Below are positions 9,249 through 19,229 of a stretch of 52,166 nucleotides of DNA, one piece after another. The stretch is taken from NCBI GenBank assembly GCA_035559535.1, contig DATMBG010000011.1, positions 1 through 52,166 on the forward strand, in the 5' to 3' direction. The position numbers were made by a program, and so were the translations under genes. Below the pieces are notes generated by a model. The model ran no database searches and was not told the origin of the DNA. It saw nothing but the letters and a program-made list of their open reading frames with translations. Each line of letters starts with the position of its first letter. Position 1 is the stretch's first letter. This DNA comes from Candidatus Limnocylindrales bacterium. GTDB taxonomy: Bacteria > Moduliflexota > Moduliflexia > Moduliflexales > JAUQPW01.

Positions 9249-9276
9249 GTAAGGGCAACCGGCCGGTCGTCCCTAC
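9249..9276. repeat. GTAG-type REP palindrome (minus orientation)
   Basis: rc GTAGGGACGACCGGCCGGTTGCCCTTAC. Confidence 0.65.
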
Positions 9277-9316
9277 TTTGTAGTCCTTCGTGGTCCTCCG
9301 TAGCTATTAACTTTTC

Positions 9317-10153
9317 TTAACGCCGCCTCACGGCAAAGGTTTTCATGAGTTGTTTCTGGGCTAGAATGTAAAGAAGTACCGGTGGAATCCCGGCCATCAG
9401 GGTCATCACCATCAAAACTTCCCATTCCACCCGTTCTCCCCCTACCGCTGTGACGTAGAGGATAACAGAAGCAGTTCTGGGTCCTTCACCAGTGGTTAGC
9501 ATGTTGGAAAATAGAAAATCACTCCATCCAATAAGAAAGGTCATAAACAACAACGAGACGATCACGGGCCTGGCCAGGGGAAGCATAACCCGGTAGAAGG
9601 CCTGAAACTGGGTACAGCCGTAAACCATAGCACACTCTTCCAAAGAAGGAGGTAATTCTGCAAAGAATCCACGTAAAATCCAGAGAGCAAAGGGGATAAT
9701 AAAGATCTGATAGGCAATCCATAATCCCGGCAAGGTATCATAAAGACCTATCCGAATCCAGGTAATAGTAATCGGTACAATCAACAGGACATAGGGGAAG
9801 AGTAAGGCCACCGTTATGATATAAAAAAATATTTCCTTCCCCCGAAACTGCTTCCGTCCGAAAATATAGGCCCCAGGTACTGCAATAAAAAGGGATAAGA
9901 TCGCAGCTCCCAGTCCTGCTATGAAGCTGTTGAAGATATATTTCTGGAACTCAACCGTTTTAAACGTATATCGCCAGGCTTCCAGACTCCATTCTTGAGG
10001 AAACCATTCGACTTCAAAGACTTCTCCAGGAGCTTTAAAGGCGGTAAGGGCAATATAGGAGTAAGGAATAAGAATGATAGAAAGAACTAAAATAAGCCCC
10101 GCATAGGCCAGGGTTTTATGTACGAAGGAAGAGCGGTCGGTTACATAGGCCAT
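9317..10153 (-). CDS. Carbohydrate ABC transporter permease (MalG type)
   Basis: 6 TM pattern, FFAELPPSLEECAMVYGCT EAA loop. Confidence 0.92.
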   Translation of the reverse strand: MAYVTDRSSFVHKTLAYAGLILVLSIILIPYSYIALTAFKAPGEVFEVEWFPQEWSLEAWRYTFKTVEFQKYIFNSFIAGLGAAILSLFIAVPGAYIFGRKQFRGKEIFFYIITVALLFPYVLLIVPITITWIRIGLYDTLPGLWIAYQIFIIPFALWILRGFFAELPPSLEECAMVYGCTQFQAFYRVMLPLARPVIVSLLFMTFLIGWSDFLFSNMLTTGEGPRTASVILYVTAVGGERVEWEVLMVMTLMAGIPPVLLYILAQKQLMKTFAVRRR

Positions 10154-10175
10154 AGTTTTGCCACCAAGTTACCAG

Positions 10176-10292
10176 GGGAGTGTGGAAGTATGGGGGTAAG
10201 TTCTCCTATCCCTCCACATACTTCCACACTCCCACACCCCCATACCCCCATACTTCCACACTCCCATACTCCCCCACTCCTCCACTCCCATC
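10176..10292. repeat. 8-mer tandem repeat array in inverted arrangement
   Basis: ggagtgtggaagtatggggg, linker ttctccta, then ccacatacttccacactcccacacccccatac... Confidence 0.85.
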
Positions 10293-11252
10293 CTACCCCT
10301 TCTTTCCGGCCTGGGTTACTAGAGTCTGGAACCGTCTCAGGAAAGGTATCATGAGGATCACCATGAAGGCGATCAGGAAAAGACCCACAGTAAAAGCCAT
10401 TCCGAAATCGCCTGATAAGAATGCAAACCGATAGGTCAGAACACTTAAAACACTGGTTTCATACCCCGGGCCTCCCCCGGTAAGCTGAAAGGGTTGATCG
10501 ATCTTCTCCAGATTCCAGACGATGCGGATGATAAAGGCTGCCAGGACAGCTCCTCGAATATGGGGCCAGGTTACGGTGCGAAATCGTTGCCAGAGGTTGG
10601 CTCCGTAAACTTCGGCCAGTTCGTAGTAGCTCTCTGGAATAGATTGAAGGGCAGATAGAATAATAAGGAACATGAAGGGCCAGAACGTCCAGGAAACAAC
10701 CAGAGTAATGACCCACTTTGCCCAGGTGGGATCTGAAGCCCAGTAAACAGGCTCGGAGAGAATACCCAGTTTTATAAGGTAGTGCGTGACCATACCCAGA
10801 TTGGGATCCAACAGGTACATCCAGATAGCCCCGGTCACCACCGGCGGCATGGCATAGGGCATCAGCATGATACCCCACCAGATTCCTTTAAGGGGGATAA
10901 ATTTTTGATTCAAAGCCAGGGCAGCAATCAGAGCAATTCCTAATTGAAAAACCGTACTGAGGGAGTAGATCAGAGTAGCCCGGATAGTAGTCCAGAAATA
11001 ACTTGCCATTATAAAATCCCGGTAATTTTGGAGTCCAACCCACTTCGGTTTACCGATAAAGGGCCAGTTGTGGAAACTCATCCAGATCCCTTGAAGAAAC
11101 GGTAACCACAGGAGAAAGATCAAGAAAGCCAGCGTAGGCAATAAAAAGAGAATAATAAGCCAGGTATCCCCTTGAAGCATTCTTCCCCACAGGCTGACTT
11201 CCCGGGTAGAAACGAACTGGGTTTCGCGCGTACGAGGTTTTGTATCGATCAT
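10293..11252 (-). CDS. Carbohydrate ABC transporter permease (MalF type)
   Basis: WVGLQNY, LQSIPESYYELAEVYGA, LTGGGPG. Confidence 0.92.
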   Translation of the reverse strand: MIDTKPRTRETQFVSTREVSLWGRMLQGDTWLIILFLLPTLAFLIFLLWLPFLQGIWMSFHNWPFIGKPKWVGLQNYRDFIMASYFWTTIRATLIYSLSTVFQLGIALIAALALNQKFIPLKGIWWGIMLMPYAMPPVVTGAIWMYLLDPNLGMVTHYLIKLGILSEPVYWASDPTWAKWVITLVVSWTFWPFMFLIILSALQSIPESYYELAEVYGANLWQRFRTVTWPHIRGAVLAAFIIRIVWNLEKIDQPFQLTGGGPGYETSVLSVLTYRFAFLSGDFGMAFTVGLFLIAFMVILMIPFLRRFQTLVTQAGKKG

Positions 11253-11335
11253 AGGATTGTAGTCGGTGAGAGCAGGTCCTGGGCGTGGGTAAGGATCGGT
11301 TTGTTTTCTCCCTACCGTCCATTATTCCTTACTTT

Positions 11336-12721
11336 TTAAGTTTTTAAGATCTTATTGACTTCTTCAGCATATGCTTTGAGTTCGGTGGCCACATCGGCTC
11401 CTCCCATAGCCTGCTGAATATGGGGGGCAAAAAGGTTGTATTGGATATCAACGCTCTTGGGATGATTGCTCCATACGCCTGGATTGTTCAGCATGGAAGT
11501 GACAGCTTCGATGTAATGATCTGGAGCCCCCTTAAGCCCGTCCCAGACGTCCCGGCGGGCAGAAAGTCCGCTGCTTTTAGCCAGAGCAATTTGGTTTTCA
11601 GCCCGAAACCATTCTTTGATAAACTCCCAGGCTGCCCGTTCTTTAATCTCTGCATCGGGCCCGGTCTGTTTGGTAATACTGAAGGAAGCCATGGCTTGAA
11701 AGACTACGGAACCCGTTGTACCTCCGGCCATAGGAAAGTGGGGTCCCCACTGGATAAGTCCGGCTTCCACTTCCTTGGGGATACGCTTCAAAAAGGTACC
11801 TCGATTCAAGATATCGGCGTGAACAATGCTCTTTTGCCCGCGGATAAGTTGTTCCACGGCATCCTCATCGGTACTTTGGGGACTATCTGGAGAAGAGTAG
11901 TGATATTTACGAAACAGATCGACATAAAATTGAACCCCTCGAATCCAGGGTTCTGAATCACAATTGGAACGGGTCCAGTCGGCATTAAGGAAATCACTCT
12001 TCTCAATATCCAGGGAGCGAACCCAACCATTCAATTGGGTATCTCCGGCGTCCCAAATCTTACCGTAAACTTCATAAGGATACTCGCTGACTTTCTGGTC
12101 TTTAAACACCTTAAGAAGTTCTAAGAAGTGATCGGTATCTCTGATAGGCCAATTTTTCTCAAAATCTAATCCGGCTTTCTTCCAGTGATCAAGCCGTGTG
12201 ACCACGGGTGCTTGGGGAATGATCAAAAAGGGAAGATCATAGATCTGATCGGCATCGGGAAAGCCACGATTCTGTACCTTGATCAACGGAAAAAGCCAGG
12301 AAACGGGTTCCCTGGTTTCCGAATCCCATTCTCCCACAAAGTCGTTCAGGGGTCTGAGGAAACTTCGAAGTTGTCCCGTCCAGCTAGAAATGGCATCAAA
12401 GACCGTGGGAATTTTGCCGGCCAGAAAGTTAGTACGATATTTGGGTCCTATGATACTTCCATAGGTATCCCAGGTTGTATTCACCTTTGCGCCGGTCCGT
12501 TGCTCAAATGCTTTAATAATGGATTCTGAAAGCTGTTTCACCACGGGATTCTGAACCCCGATCATATTCCAGTAATCGATGGTAATCCCCTTAAGATCGG
12601 TGCCTGCTTCCCCATAAAGAAGATCAGGGGTTAAACTGGTGGTAAGCCCGGCTGCAGCAAGGGCCGTTGTAATCTTCAAGAAATCTCGCCGTGAATAAGT
12701 TCTATCGAGTCCCTTGTTCAT
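11336..12721 (-). CDS. Sugar-family ABC substrate-binding protein with Tat signal
   Basis: SRRDFLK twin-arginine motif; FEQRTG, AAWEFIKE; heads the permease operon. Confidence 0.88.
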   Translation of the reverse strand: MNKGLDRTYSRRDFLKITTALAAAGLTTSLTPDLLYGEAGTDLKGITIDYWNMIGVQNPVVKQLSESIIKAFEQRTGAKVNTTWDTYGSIIGPKYRTNFLAGKIPTVFDAISSWTGQLRSFLRPLNDFVGEWDSETREPVSWLFPLIKVQNRGFPDADQIYDLPFLIIPQAPVVTRLDHWKKAGLDFEKNWPIRDTDHFLELLKVFKDQKVSEYPYEVYGKIWDAGDTQLNGWVRSLDIEKSDFLNADWTRSNCDSEPWIRGVQFYVDLFRKYHYSSPDSPQSTDEDAVEQLIRGQKSIVHADILNRGTFLKRIPKEVEAGLIQWGPHFPMAGGTTGSVVFQAMASFSITKQTGPDAEIKERAAWEFIKEWFRAENQIALAKSSGLSARRDVWDGLKGAPDHYIEAVTSMLNNPGVWSNHPKSVDIQYNLFAPHIQQAMGGADVATELKAYAEEVNKILKT

Positions 12722-12890
12722 AATGAACCCTCATTAAGTTTTACAGGTTATGAAAAAGTTAATTGGGTGAATCCTCTATCAAGAGGAAAGCTATCGATTC
12801 AGTACACAACCATACCGTAATCACCCTCTTAAAACTTTGTCAAGCAGTTTTTCTTTTTACCTGAGGATATCCCAACTGAGGCCTCCGACG

Positions 12891-13934
12891 TTATCTAACT
12901 GACCTGAATTCAAGGGTTTTCAGAATCATACAATCACGTCCTTTTTCTTTAGCTTCATAGAGAGCTTTGTCGGTGCATGCAATGAGATCTTCTACTGAAG
13001 GAGCCGTCAGTCCGTAATCTCTGGGTGGAACGGTGCTACAAACCCCCAGGCTTAACGTGACGTATTGGCTTACCGGGGATTGCTCATGGGGAATGGCCAG
13101 TTGTTGGACCTCTGTTCGTATGGTTCCGGCCACCTGGATGGCTCCCTGGGCCTTTGTATTGGGAAGAACTACCGCAAACTCCTCTCCACCGTAGCGAGCA
13201 ATTAAATCTGCCGGACGTCGGACACTTCGGGTGATTGCCTTTGCAATAGCACGTAAACAGTCATCTCCTTTTTGGTGCCCATAGGTATCGTTATAACGCT
13301 TAAAATAATCCACATCACAGAGGATTAAAGATAAGGGTTCTTGTTCTCGGGCCGATCGGCGCCACTCTTGACGAATATATTCGTCAAACTGAAGGCGATT
13401 GGCTACCTGGGTTAAGCCGTCTAAAGTGGCCAGACGTCGCAGTTCTTGGTTCGCTTTTCGTAGTGCTTCTTCGGTTCGCTTACGCTCGTTGATTTCTCGC
13501 TGAAGTTGTTGATTAAGTTTTTTCTGCTGCTTGATAAGCGCACGGAGTTGTAAGTGGGTCCGTACCCGGGCACGGACTTCTTCTTGTTGAAATGGCTTGG
13601 TGATATAATCTACCCCACCCGACTGAAAGCCTTCTACGATGGCTTCCATTTCTTTCTTTGCCGTAATAAAAATGACAGGAACATCTCGATTGGCTTCCTG
13701 CATTTTGAGTTGGCGGCACATCTCGAAGCCATTCATGTCCGGCATCATAACATCTGCCAAAACCAAATCAGGTAAAAAATGATCGGCAATCTTGAGGGCT
13801 TTTTCTCCACTAGAGGCTATGGCTAAATCATAACCTTCGGGTTCCAGGGTCCTGACCAAAATGTCGATATTTGCCGGTATATCGTCTACCAACAGAATCT
13901 TCATTTCAGATACGTTTAAAACCTCATCCTTCAT
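12891..13934 (-). CDS. Response regulator diguanylate cyclase (REC-GGDEF, PleD/WspR-like)
   Basis: ILLVDD..DVMMP..KP receiver; DGLT, RPAD I-site, RYGGEEF. Confidence 0.95.
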   Translation of the reverse strand: MKDEVLNVSEMKILLVDDIPANIDILVRTLEPEGYDLAIASSGEKALKIADHFLPDLVLADVMMPDMNGFEMCRQLKMQEANRDVPVIFITAKKEMEAIVEGFQSGGVDYITKPFQQEEVRARVRTHLQLRALIKQQKKLNQQLQREINERKRTEEALRKANQELRRLATLDGLTQVANRLQFDEYIRQEWRRSAREQEPLSLILCDVDYFKRYNDTYGHQKGDDCLRAIAKAITRSVRRPADLIARYGGEEFAVVLPNTKAQGAIQVAGTIRTEVQQLAIPHEQSPVSQYVTLSLGVCSTVPPRDYGLTAPSVEDLIACTDKALYEAKEKGRDCMILKTLEFRSVR

Positions 13935-14030
13935 TCTAAGTCCTTCTCTATTGCCCCTGCCAGTACCTGAAGATTTATCCCGGCTACCTCCCGAATTCCC
14001 TCCCCATCCATCGGCAATCCTACCCTTTTA

Positions 14031-16628
14031 TTAGGATGGTAGCCTTCCTACTATCTCTTGTAAACCCTCCAGATCATATCTGTTTACAAATTCCTTTAGA
14101 TATGTGGCCAATTGAGCTGCTTCTGGACCTAAGGTTTCCATTTCGGCGAGAGACTGTTTAAGCCGGGTAATCATACAAAACTCGGCGTCCTCTTTCAAGC
14201 GCCTTAAAAGATCTTCTGGTAGATGGAGTTTGGAAAGTACCGGAAGGGTTGTGGTATCTTTGCTATCCAAGCAATCTTCTGGTTTGGTTTCTTCAAATTC
14301 GTATTCGACCTTGAGAAGGTTGGCCAGGCAATCGAAAATCTCTTCCATCCGGATGGGTTTTGTAATAACTCTGTGGCATCCTGCCTGGAGAAATCGATCC
14401 TGCTCATGGTTGAAGGCTAAAGCGGTCATCATAACCATTTTAATCTTTTCCCTGCCGAATTCTTCGGTGATGCGTTGAATGGTTTCAACTCCATCTGGAA
14501 CAGGCATGAGATAATCCATAAATACAATGTCAGGCATCTGTTCACGGACTTTCTCTATAGCTTCCTGTCCATTCATAGCTTCCAGGACTTCAACCCCAAT
14601 TTCTGACAGCATATCCGATATCACTTCTCGATTGGAGGCGTCATCGTCAACAACCAGGGCTTTAACTCGATAACCGGGAGCCAGGCGAGAGACCTTTCCT
14701 TTACAATCCTCTCGTAAAAAGGACTCTTTTAAGACTGGTGAGAGGGGAATAGTGAAGAAAAAGCATGCCCCCTGACCTTCCTGGGACTCTATAGCCAGTT
14801 CCCCTCCCATCAATTCCACGTAGGTTTTGGAAATACGTAAACCCAGACCGGTTCCTCCTTTTCGGATTCCTTTCTCATCTTGATAAAAGGGATCGAAGAT
14901 GGTTTTCTGGATATTCACCGGAATACCTGGGCCCGTGTCGATAACTTCGAAGAGATATTGTGAAGCGTCTTTTTGGGTTACTCTTAGTACAACACTTCCC
15001 GAAGAAGTGAATTTAACCGCGTTATCCAATAAATTGATCAAGATTTGTCGGAGCTTGCCCTCATCTCCTCGCACCAGAAGATGGGATCTTCCTTCCAGGC
15101 CCTCTACCCGCCAGGTTAATCTGTTTTGCTCGCAACGAAGTTGAAACATGGCGGAAAGATCCGTAATCAAATCGACCAGATCAAAATCTGTGGAGTTTAA
15201 TTGTATACGTCCTGCTTCGATTTTAGATAAATCCAGAACATCATTAATAAGCTGTAGCAGATGGTCTCCACTCTTCTGAATGGTATTTACAGCTTTTCGC
15301 TGGGATCTGGTTAAATGAGGGTCGCGTTGTAAGATCTGGGTATACCCTAAAATGGCATTTAAAGGAGTACGAATCTCGTGGCTCATATGGGTTAAAAAAG
15401 TACTCTTGGCACGGCTGGCGATCTCTGCAGCTTCTTTAGCTTTGTAGAGTTCTTTTTCGGTACGCTTGCGTTCGGCTAATTCTTGTTGGGCCGAAGTATA
15501 TAATTGGGCATTATCTAAGGCAATGGAGGCCAGTTGGGCAAATCGATTTAACAACTCAACCTCATCTTCCCTGAACATTTGGTCTACTTCAAGTCGGCCT
15601 AAGCCGATAACACCTACCACATTTGGACCCGATTTAAGGGGAGCTGCTACAATGGCATGGAAAACATCACCCTTGAAAATGGGCAGGCGACCGGGCCAGG
15701 TTTGATAATCTTCCACCACCATCGTTTGACCGGTTTGCCAGACTTTTCCTACCAGGCCTTCATAGGGTTTTAAACAAATCCCAAGGTATTTACTATAAAC
15801 CCCCACACCTACCCGCAAAACCATGCCGGAAGCCGGGCTTAAACCTGTCCCCTTACTTTCCGAGTCAACTAAAAAGATAAATCCATGGGAAGTTCCCAAT
15901 AGGTTACCTGCCCGGGCAATGATCGTTTTAAGCAGATCATCTATTTCTAATCGATTCATTAAGGCCAGCGTCGTCTCATTCAAAGCCGCCAGATATTCAT
16001 TCTGCCGACGTAATTTTTCTTCGGATTGTTTACGTTCTGTAATATCCCGATTTAACCCGACGAGTCCAAAAATCCTCCCCCGGTTATCCCACAAAGGTAT
16101 CTTCGTCGTTAAAGACCATCCTGGGTTTCCCGTCCGGTCTATCATGGGTTCTTCTTGATGAACCAGGGGCTGGCCCGATCGGAAGATCTGCTGTTCATCG
16201 AGGTAATAGCGTGTAGCCAATTCTTTTGGGAAAAAGTCGAAATCCGTCTTTCCGATGATCTGATCCGGTGTTGCGATCCCTAAGAACTGCATCAGGGCGC
16301 GGTTAACGAGAACAAATTGGCTCTTAACATTTTTAACGTACAGGTAATCGGGTAGGCTATCTATCAATGTCTGCAATAAATTACGTTGCCTGACGAGAAT
16401 CTTTTCAATCCGCCTGTGCCGGATGATTTTTCGTTGAAGATGCCGGTTGATTTCGACTAATTGAGCCGTACGCTTTTTCACCTCTTCTCCCAAACGTTCC
16501 CGGTACTTTTGTAATTCCTCTTCCAGCCGGGCATATTTCGCCTTTAATTCTTTAAATTCGATCACCTGACCTGGTAAACCTTCGTATTTTTCCGGGTTGG
16601 ATTCTTTTATTTTATCTTTACTTTCCAT
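14031..16628 (-). CDS. Hybrid sensor histidine kinase (PAS-GAF-HisKA-HATPase-REC)
   Basis: IGKTDFDFF/RDITERK PAS, GAF, MSHEIRTPLN, NLLDNAVKF, GGTGLGL, DYLMP receiver. Confidence 0.95.
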   Translation of the reverse strand: MESKDKIKESNPEKYEGLPGQVIEFKELKAKYARLEEELQKYRERLGEEVKKRTAQLVEINRHLQRKIIRHRRIEKILVRQRNLLQTLIDSLPDYLYVKNVKSQFVLVNRALMQFLGIATPDQIIGKTDFDFFPKELATRYYLDEQQIFRSGQPLVHQEEPMIDRTGNPGWSLTTKIPLWDNRGRIFGLVGLNRDITERKQSEEKLRRQNEYLAALNETTLALMNRLEIDDLLKTIIARAGNLLGTSHGFIFLVDSESKGTGLSPASGMVLRVGVGVYSKYLGICLKPYEGLVGKVWQTGQTMVVEDYQTWPGRLPIFKGDVFHAIVAAPLKSGPNVVGVIGLGRLEVDQMFREDEVELLNRFAQLASIALDNAQLYTSAQQELAERKRTEKELYKAKEAAEIASRAKSTFLTHMSHEIRTPLNAILGYTQILQRDPHLTRSQRKAVNTIQKSGDHLLQLINDVLDLSKIEAGRIQLNSTDFDLVDLITDLSAMFQLRCEQNRLTWRVEGLEGRSHLLVRGDEGKLRQILINLLDNAVKFTSSGSVVLRVTQKDASQYLFEVIDTGPGIPVNIQKTIFDPFYQDEKGIRKGGTGLGLRISKTYVELMGGELAIESQEGQGACFFFTIPLSPVLKESFLREDCKGKVSRLAPGYRVKALVVDDDASNREVISDMLSEIGVEVLEAMNGQEAIEKVREQMPDIVFMDYLMPVPDGVETIQRITEEFGREKIKMVMMTALAFNHEQDRFLQAGCHRVITKPIRMEEIFDCLANLLKVEYEFEETKPEDCLDSKDTTTLPVLSKLHLPEDLLRRLKEDAEFCMITRLKQSLAEMETLGPEAAQLATYLKEFVNRYDLEGLQEIVGRLPS

Positions 16629-16652
16629 GGCCTTAGTTTTATCAAAATTTAT

Positions 16653-18317
16653 TCACCGTTGCAGATAGGATCGAAAGTAGGGTGGAACAAAATCCAGGTC
16701 GCTGGCTTCCTGGATAGCCAGTCGTATTTGGAAGTTCATCACTTCGGGAGGCACCGGATTTTGGTAATCGCTCAAGCATTCCTTGAGAGCCTCAGCCGGT
16801 CGACGGGATTCTGTACGAACCAATCGGTAAACTTTAACGGCCAGGGCTTCGGCAGCTCCCGGAGTAAGCAGTAAAGGAATGAGGGGTTCCAGTTCAGGGA
16901 ATTGGCTCTCCTCTATGTCGATTCCCCGTTTTCGGCACAAGGTCTGGATGAGTTGAAATCCTTCTCTGGTACTGGTAGTTGGGAAAATAGGTATTTTAAC
17001 GTCAATTCGACCCGGTCGTTTGAGATCTACTTCAATCAAATCAGGTCGACTGGAAGCTAAAATCCAGATGATTTTACCTCGATTCCGGGTTTGACCCATT
17101 TCTTCTGCTATCATCGAATACACGCGACCGGAAAGGCCTGAATCCCCGGTTCCAGAATCTCGCTTGCCAAGAGCCTGATCTGCTTCATCGATAAAGACGA
17201 AACAACGTCCCAACGCCTGAAGGAGTCTAAAAATTTTCTCCAAATTGCCTTCCGTACTTCCAACCCATTTGTCCCGGAAGTTTTTTAACTTAACTACCGG
17301 AACCCCGACTTCCCCGGCCAGACATTCTACCAGGAAGGTTTTACCCGTTCCTACCGGTCCACAAAGAAGATACCCCTTGGGCATTGCCTGGAGATCGTTT
17401 TGGTTCCACAGAACAATATCTTGTCGTAGCCAGGCCTTAATCTTTTCCTGTCCGTAGAGGTCGTCTAAAGTCCGTTGGGATTCGATGAATTCGATCAACC
17501 CATTACAATCCTTTTCCACAAGCTGTTTTTTTAATTCCACAAGGTCTTCGGATATCAGCTTTTGTTTTTGATACTCTTTCGTTTTAAGTAAGCTTTCGAT
17601 GGCACTGACCGTAGTACCGGCCAATTGATGGGCGAGGGTCTCAAAATGATCTCCGTATTCACCCAGAGCCGTTGTATAGCGAGGTGCCATCAGTTCAAAG
17701 GCTTTTTGTAAGTCCTGAGGGGAAGGTAAAGGAATTTTAATCTGAGCGGTCCGGGGGTTATTCACCAGGAGGGGATGCAGATCGTTAAGGTTTTCTGTGA
17801 TGAGAAACGTCGCCAGAGTGTGTCCGGTGAGTAAATTATCCCCAGCCCAGTCGCGAACAAGCAAGGCCATCGCATTTAAATCGTAGTTGAGGGCACCGTA
17901 CAGAGCCGGCATAACCAGATGGGCCGCTTTGATAAAGCAGCCGACCTGTAATCTGGAAATATTTAATCTGGCCAGATTCGCGCAGTAACGGAAGTAGTGG
18001 GTGAGCGTTTCGATGGCCATACGAGGGGCCTTAGGGAGTTGTTGGTTCTCCTTAAAACTTGGCCATTGGGAGAAGATTTCTCCTCCCTTTTCGATCCGAA
18101 TCCCATGACCCAGATCATAGCTGAGGATCACATCAAATCCCGCCATTAAAACCCGCAGAAGAAACTCGTTGAGGTCGCCCAGTACCGTCTTCGGACCTAA
18201 CGGTAGCACCAACCGATCATAAACATTCCCATACAGGATGAATTGGTTCGTGGCATTACTTTCGTATAAAGTGATGAGTTCTTTACTCCAATTGGGAAGT
18301 TGTTGGTCTGTCATCAT
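16653..18317 (-). CDS. Classical-clade AAA+ ATPase
   Basis: GPVGTGKT, KWVGSTE pore loop, FIDEAD, ASSRPDLIEVDLKRPGRID SRH; long N-region without a recognisable Walker A. Confidence 0.92.
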   Translation of the reverse strand: MMTDQQLPNWSKELITLYESNATNQFILYGNVYDRLVLPLGPKTVLGDLNEFLLRVLMAGFDVILSYDLGHGIRIEKGGEIFSQWPSFKENQQLPKAPRMAIETLTHYFRYCANLARLNISRLQVGCFIKAAHLVMPALYGALNYDLNAMALLVRDWAGDNLLTGHTLATFLITENLNDLHPLLVNNPRTAQIKIPLPSPQDLQKAFELMAPRYTTALGEYGDHFETLAHQLAGTTVSAIESLLKTKEYQKQKLISEDLVELKKQLVEKDCNGLIEFIESQRTLDDLYGQEKIKAWLRQDIVLWNQNDLQAMPKGYLLCGPVGTGKTFLVECLAGEVGVPVVKLKNFRDKWVGSTEGNLEKIFRLLQALGRCFVFIDEADQALGKRDSGTGDSGLSGRVYSMIAEEMGQTRNRGKIIWILASSRPDLIEVDLKRPGRIDVKIPIFPTTSTREGFQLIQTLCRKRGIDIEESQFPELEPLIPLLLTPGAAEALAVKVYRLVRTESRRPAEALKECLSDYQNPVPPEVMNFQIRLAIQEASDLDFVPPYFRSYLQR

Positions 18318-18363
18318 CTGTTCATGATGGGTTATCGGGTATGGGTCTCAGGAACAGCCTGGT

Positions 18364-19124
18364 TCAGCGCTCCGTCTCGGGACCCATGGTCTTGGTTTTT
18401 TGATTCGATGCCTCGGCAGAAGTATCCCCGGATCCTGCTGGGGGCTCCAGAACGATACCTTCTTTGGCAGCAAAATCGGCCAGGGCTTGTTCGGCCAGGG
18501 CTTGTTGTTCAGCTTCTTTCATTAAAACCTCGGTCATATCTATTTCACTGCGGGCGACCCGGACCCTTCCGGCTGCTTTTGCACGCTCCTCTTCTATCAT
18601 CTCATGGAGTCGATTGAGGGTATCTCCAGAACCTCCAATGGTCGTAATCATACCCGAGGCCATCTCCGTAAGCTCGGCCATGGCTTTTTTTATCTTGATG
18701 TCGTTAATTCCTGACTTAACAGCTTCAATCTTAGCCCGGGCAGCAGTAACGGCTACATCCCGGGCTTTGAGGAGATCTCGATACGTTGTCTCGGCCTGTT
18801 CTAGCTGTTTTCGGTTCTCTTCCAATTCACGGTTACCGTTTGTAATCGGAGCGCATATTGGGCAGCCGCCGATCGATTTCCCGCCTTTAAATTGGCTCCT
18901 GTTTTCGCCTTCAAATCCTGTTCTTCTACTTCGAGTTTCTTAACCTGGGCCATGAGTCTTTCACAAAGTGCTGCGTGGGAGGCTAAACCTTGATTATATT
19001 GACTGATCTGCCTGCGCAGATTTTCTTTCTCCGCTTCTAAAACAGCTTCCGGATTTCTCATTTCCAAACTCCCAATAAACAGACTAAAAAAACCCCTGAT
19101 TAAATTTGCAATGCGCCTAAACAT
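18364..19124 (-). pseudogene. PspA/IM30 family protein, split by a 1-nt frameshift at ~18831 (pseudogene or sequence error)
   Basis: GGAGG RBS; amphipathic MFRRIANLIRGFF start, NPEAVLE, long coiled coil; ORFs 18801-19199 and 18364-18825 join to ~253 aa on adding one base. Confidence 0.85.
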
Positions 19125-19170
19125 ATCTCTATCCTCCCTGAATGAGTTAATTCTTACCTGCTGTTCTGAA

Positions 19171-19199
19171 ATCGTATAAAGACTGACAGGAAATGTCAA
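19171..19199 (-). promoter_or_regulatory. sigma70 promoter of pspA with overlapping TGACA-N5-TGTCA palindrome
   Basis: TTGACA-17 bp-TACGAT on minus strand. Confidence 0.7.
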
Positions 19200-19229
19200 T
19201 AAAAAACGAGTTTAACCTGGATTTATCCT

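Noticed and set aside
10176-10292. Repeat arrays as CRISPR
   Set aside because: 8-nt degenerate units with no unique spacers and no cas genes
18885-18892. Slippery heptamer T TTA AAG in pspA that would reach the downstream frame by -1 frameshifting
   Set aside because: The shift would replace the helical AAAQYALRLQTV segment with GGKSIGGCPICAPITNG, breaking the coiled coil; a 1-nt deletion at ~18831 is more parsimonious
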